A stretch of DNA of 64,000 bases, from NCBI GenBank assembly GCA_965203485.1, contig OZ241892.1, positions 1,440,001 through 1,504,000 of the forward strand. Direction: 5' to 3'. Under the pieces are notes generated by a model. It was given only the letters and a program-made list of their open reading frames with translations, made no database searches and was not told the DNA's origin. Positions 62,901 through 64,000 of this stretch are shown one piece after another. The translations under genes and the position numbers were made by a program. Numbering within the stretch: position 1 is the first letter of the stretch; each line of letters opens with the position of its first letter. The DNA is from Longimicrobiales bacterium. GTDB taxonomy: Bacteria > Gemmatimonadota > Gemmatimonadetes > Longimicrobiales > Gaopeijiaceae.

Positions 62901-64000
62901 CCGCCCGCCACTTTGTGGCCCGAACTGTTCGCGATCGCGCGCGAGCCCAGCCCCAGCAGCGCGTCGGTCGTACCACCCGCCACGTCGATCGTCCCGCCGT
63001 TCAGCGCCAGCGCGCTCGCCCCGATGCTGAGCCCGTCGGCGTCCGCGTCCGCCTGCACCACCAGGTAGCGGAACACCAGCGACGCCGTGCCCGTGCCGCT
63101 CGCATACGCCGCCTGCTTCGTCGCCGCGCCGATCGTCAGCGCCAGCTGCGGCGTCCCCGTAACGTCCACCGCCTTGGTGAACGTGACCGTGACCTCGATC
63201 CGCTCGCCGCGCTCGAAGGTGTCGCCCACCGCCGGCGACCCGACGGCCACGCCCGCCACCCTGGGCGGACCCCGGGCGCCGTCCACCTTGTGCGCCGCCG
63301 CGGCGGCGATCGCGTTCGCGCCCAGCCCCAAGCTCGCCGCCGTGCTCCCGTCGCGGGCGTCGGCGATCCCACCGCCGTTCAGCGCCAGCGCGCTTGCGCC
63401 GATGCCGACGCCGGTCGAGTCCGCGTCCGCCGCCATCACCGTGTAGCGGAACGTCAGCGCCGCCGTGCCCGTGCCGGAGGTGTAGGACGCCTGGCGCGTC
63501 TGCGTCCCGATCGTCAGCGCCAGCTGGGGCGTGCCCGTCACAGTCACGCGGCGGTTGAACGTCGCTTGCACCTCGATCACCTCGTCGAAGCCGTAGGTGC
63601 TGTCGCTGGCCGGGCTGCTCGTGATCGACACGCCGCTGACCGCCGCCGCCGTGAACGTCCCGCCCGCCACCTTGTGGCCCGAGCTGTTCGCTACCGCGTG
63701 ACTGCCCAAGCCCAGCCGCGCGTCCGTCGTCCCGCCCGCCGCGTCGATCGTCCCGCCGTTCAGCGCCAGCGCGCTCGCGCCGATGCTCAACCCGTCGGCG
63801 TCGGCGTCCGCCTGCACCACTACGTAGCGGAAGACCAGCGACGCCGTGCCCGTGCCCGAGACGTAGGCGGCCTGGCGCGTGGTCGCGCCGATCGTCAGCG
63901 CCAGCTGCGGCGTCCCCGTCACGTCCACCGCCCTGTTGAACGTCAACGTCGCGGCAATCGTGTCGCCCCGCTCGAAGGTGTCGCCCACCGGCGGCGAGCC
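59684..64000 (-). CDS. Giant repeat adhesin-like protein 2, upstream segment (start lies beyond the right edge; ~11 repeats in the window)
   Basis: Same repeat consensus. The frame is open to the window edge and ends a few codons after the duplication junction at 59697/59698. Confidence 0.88.
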   Translation of the reverse strand, partial: GSPPVGDTFERGDTIAATLTFNRAVDVTGTPQLALTIGATTRQAAYVSGTGTASLVFRYVVVQADADADGLSIGASALALNGGTIDAAGGTTDARLGLGSHAVANSSGHKVAGGTFTAAAVSGVSITSSPASDSTYGFDEVIEVQATFNRRVTVTGTPQLALTIGTQTRQASYTSGTGTAALTFRYTVMAADADSTGVGIGASALALNGGGIADARDGSTAASLGLGANAIAAAAAHKVDGARGPPRVAGVAVGSPAVGDTFERGERIEVTVTFTKAVDVTGTPQLALTIGAATKQAAYASGTGTASLVFRYLVVQADADADGLSIGASALALNGGTIDVAGGTTDALLGLGSRAIANSSGHKVAGGTFTTPAVSGVTISSSPSVGDTYALAERIEVEVAFSRPVSVSGVPQLALTIGTQTRQAAYASGTGTTTLTFGYAVVAADSDTTGISIGASALTLNGGTINDVRSSATAASLGLGAHAIANASGHKVIGTPAVPTVTGVSIASSPASGDAYGAGETITVHVVFQVPVVVTGAPQLALTVGPETRQAALAGGSGTDTLAFSYTTVATDTDTDGIGIAASALALNGGTIRSGRGTDALLGLGAHAIANAAGHKVDGRATAPTVTAVRVASTPLLQVRNVGLYGRGETIEVQVGFSLPVRVTGAPRLALTIGAATRQAAYAGGSGTATLAFRYTVGQSDLDGDGIGVGASALTLNGGAIRSRAGASAALGLGSHAITAASGHTVDGRQGGGAPEVTGGSIVSRPGVGDSYGVGETIRLRVVFNELVAVTGTPQLGLEIGTATRLASYASGTGTTELEFRYTVQAGDKDDNGVAVPGTFTDLAGSISSVASGNSLDTSKEYERVKTADLVDHKVDAASDNRASIPMPNAVTISSSAGNDSTYAAGDTISVQVGFTVAATVTGTPQLALSIGSATRQAAYASGSGTATLTFRYAVTDADADADGISIGDLALALNGGTIRSGSGAYATLTLGTHAISNAAAHKVAGTTTAPTVNAASVTSTPATGDTYGAAEKIAVQIGFRIPVVVTGAPQLALTIGTRTRQAGYAGGSGTRVLTFDYATVATDADANGIGVAAAALTLNGGTVRNWAGTNAVLGLGANAIANASGHKVNGAATVPAVNTLTIASTPASGDTYGAGETITVEVGFQIPATVTGAPQLALTVGAQTRQAGYASGSGTKTLTFSYEVAATDADSDGIGVGASALALNGGTIQSGAGTNAALGLGTNAIANASGHKVNGAATVPAVNTLTIASTPASGDTYGAGETITVEVGFRIPATVTGTPRLALTVGAQTRQAEYASGSGTKTLTFSYEVVATDADSDGIGVGASALALNGGTIQSGAGTNAALGLGANAIANAGSHKVDGAATAPTVNAVTIASTPASGDTYGAGETITVEVGFQIPATVTGTPQLALTVGSQTLWR

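Larger units (their letters stand above)
40830..64000 (-). repeat. Array of about 60 tandem ~375-381-bp repeats (~125-127 aa each)
   Basis: Plus-strand anchors 'gcgccagctgcggcg', 'ccgccgttcagcgcc' and 'caccttgtg' recur about every 380 bp. The count is estimated from length divided by period. Confidence 0.93.

Noticed and set aside
40830..64000. Regularly spaced short conserved motifs as a possible CRISPR array
   Set aside because: The period is ~380 bp and preserves the reading frame, the 'spacers' are homologous to each other, and there are no cas genes.

Overview
Very GC-rich bacterial DNA from a diderm; gene content and order point to Gemmatimonadota, possibly a host- or sponge-associated lineage (inference). 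The window has four parts. (1) Positions <1-9936, minus strand: the 5' ~10 kb of a giant secreted repeat protein (>3,300 aa) that the ORF track misses because it runs off the left edge without a stop. It has seven near-identical [~125-aa beta-repeat + Calx-beta] modules, two more Calx-beta domains, a putative-Ig domain, an acidic linker and further repeats. (2) Positions 10.5-33.7 kb, minus strand: a tightly coupled housekeeping/envelope cluster, in order hypothetical - prfB (programmed +1 frameshift) - lysS - lolC/E - lolD - mcsA - mcsB - clpC - bamA - skp - lpxD - lpxC/fabZ fusion - lpxA - GnnA-like oxidoreductase - 44-aa membrane microprotein - lpxB - lpxK - rlmH - SAM methyltransferase (NmbA-like) - bshC. 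(3) Positions 34.1-37.0 kb, plus strand: a 73-aa secreted Cys-rich peptide followed by two six-bladed beta-propeller lipoproteins, with competing RNA hairpins over the ribosome-binding sites. This is the best candidate for an undescribed system. (4) Positions 37524->64000, minus strand: the 3' 26.5 kb of a second giant protein (>8,700 aa) with about 60 tandem ~125-127-aa DxDxDG repeats in a higher-order arrangement, four cadherin-like domains and a C-terminal autotransporter-like barrel. Its frame is broken once by an exact 269-bp tandem duplication near 59.7 kb. No rRNA, tRNA, CRISPR array or transposase was seen. All family calls come from motif recognition by eye, not from database searches.
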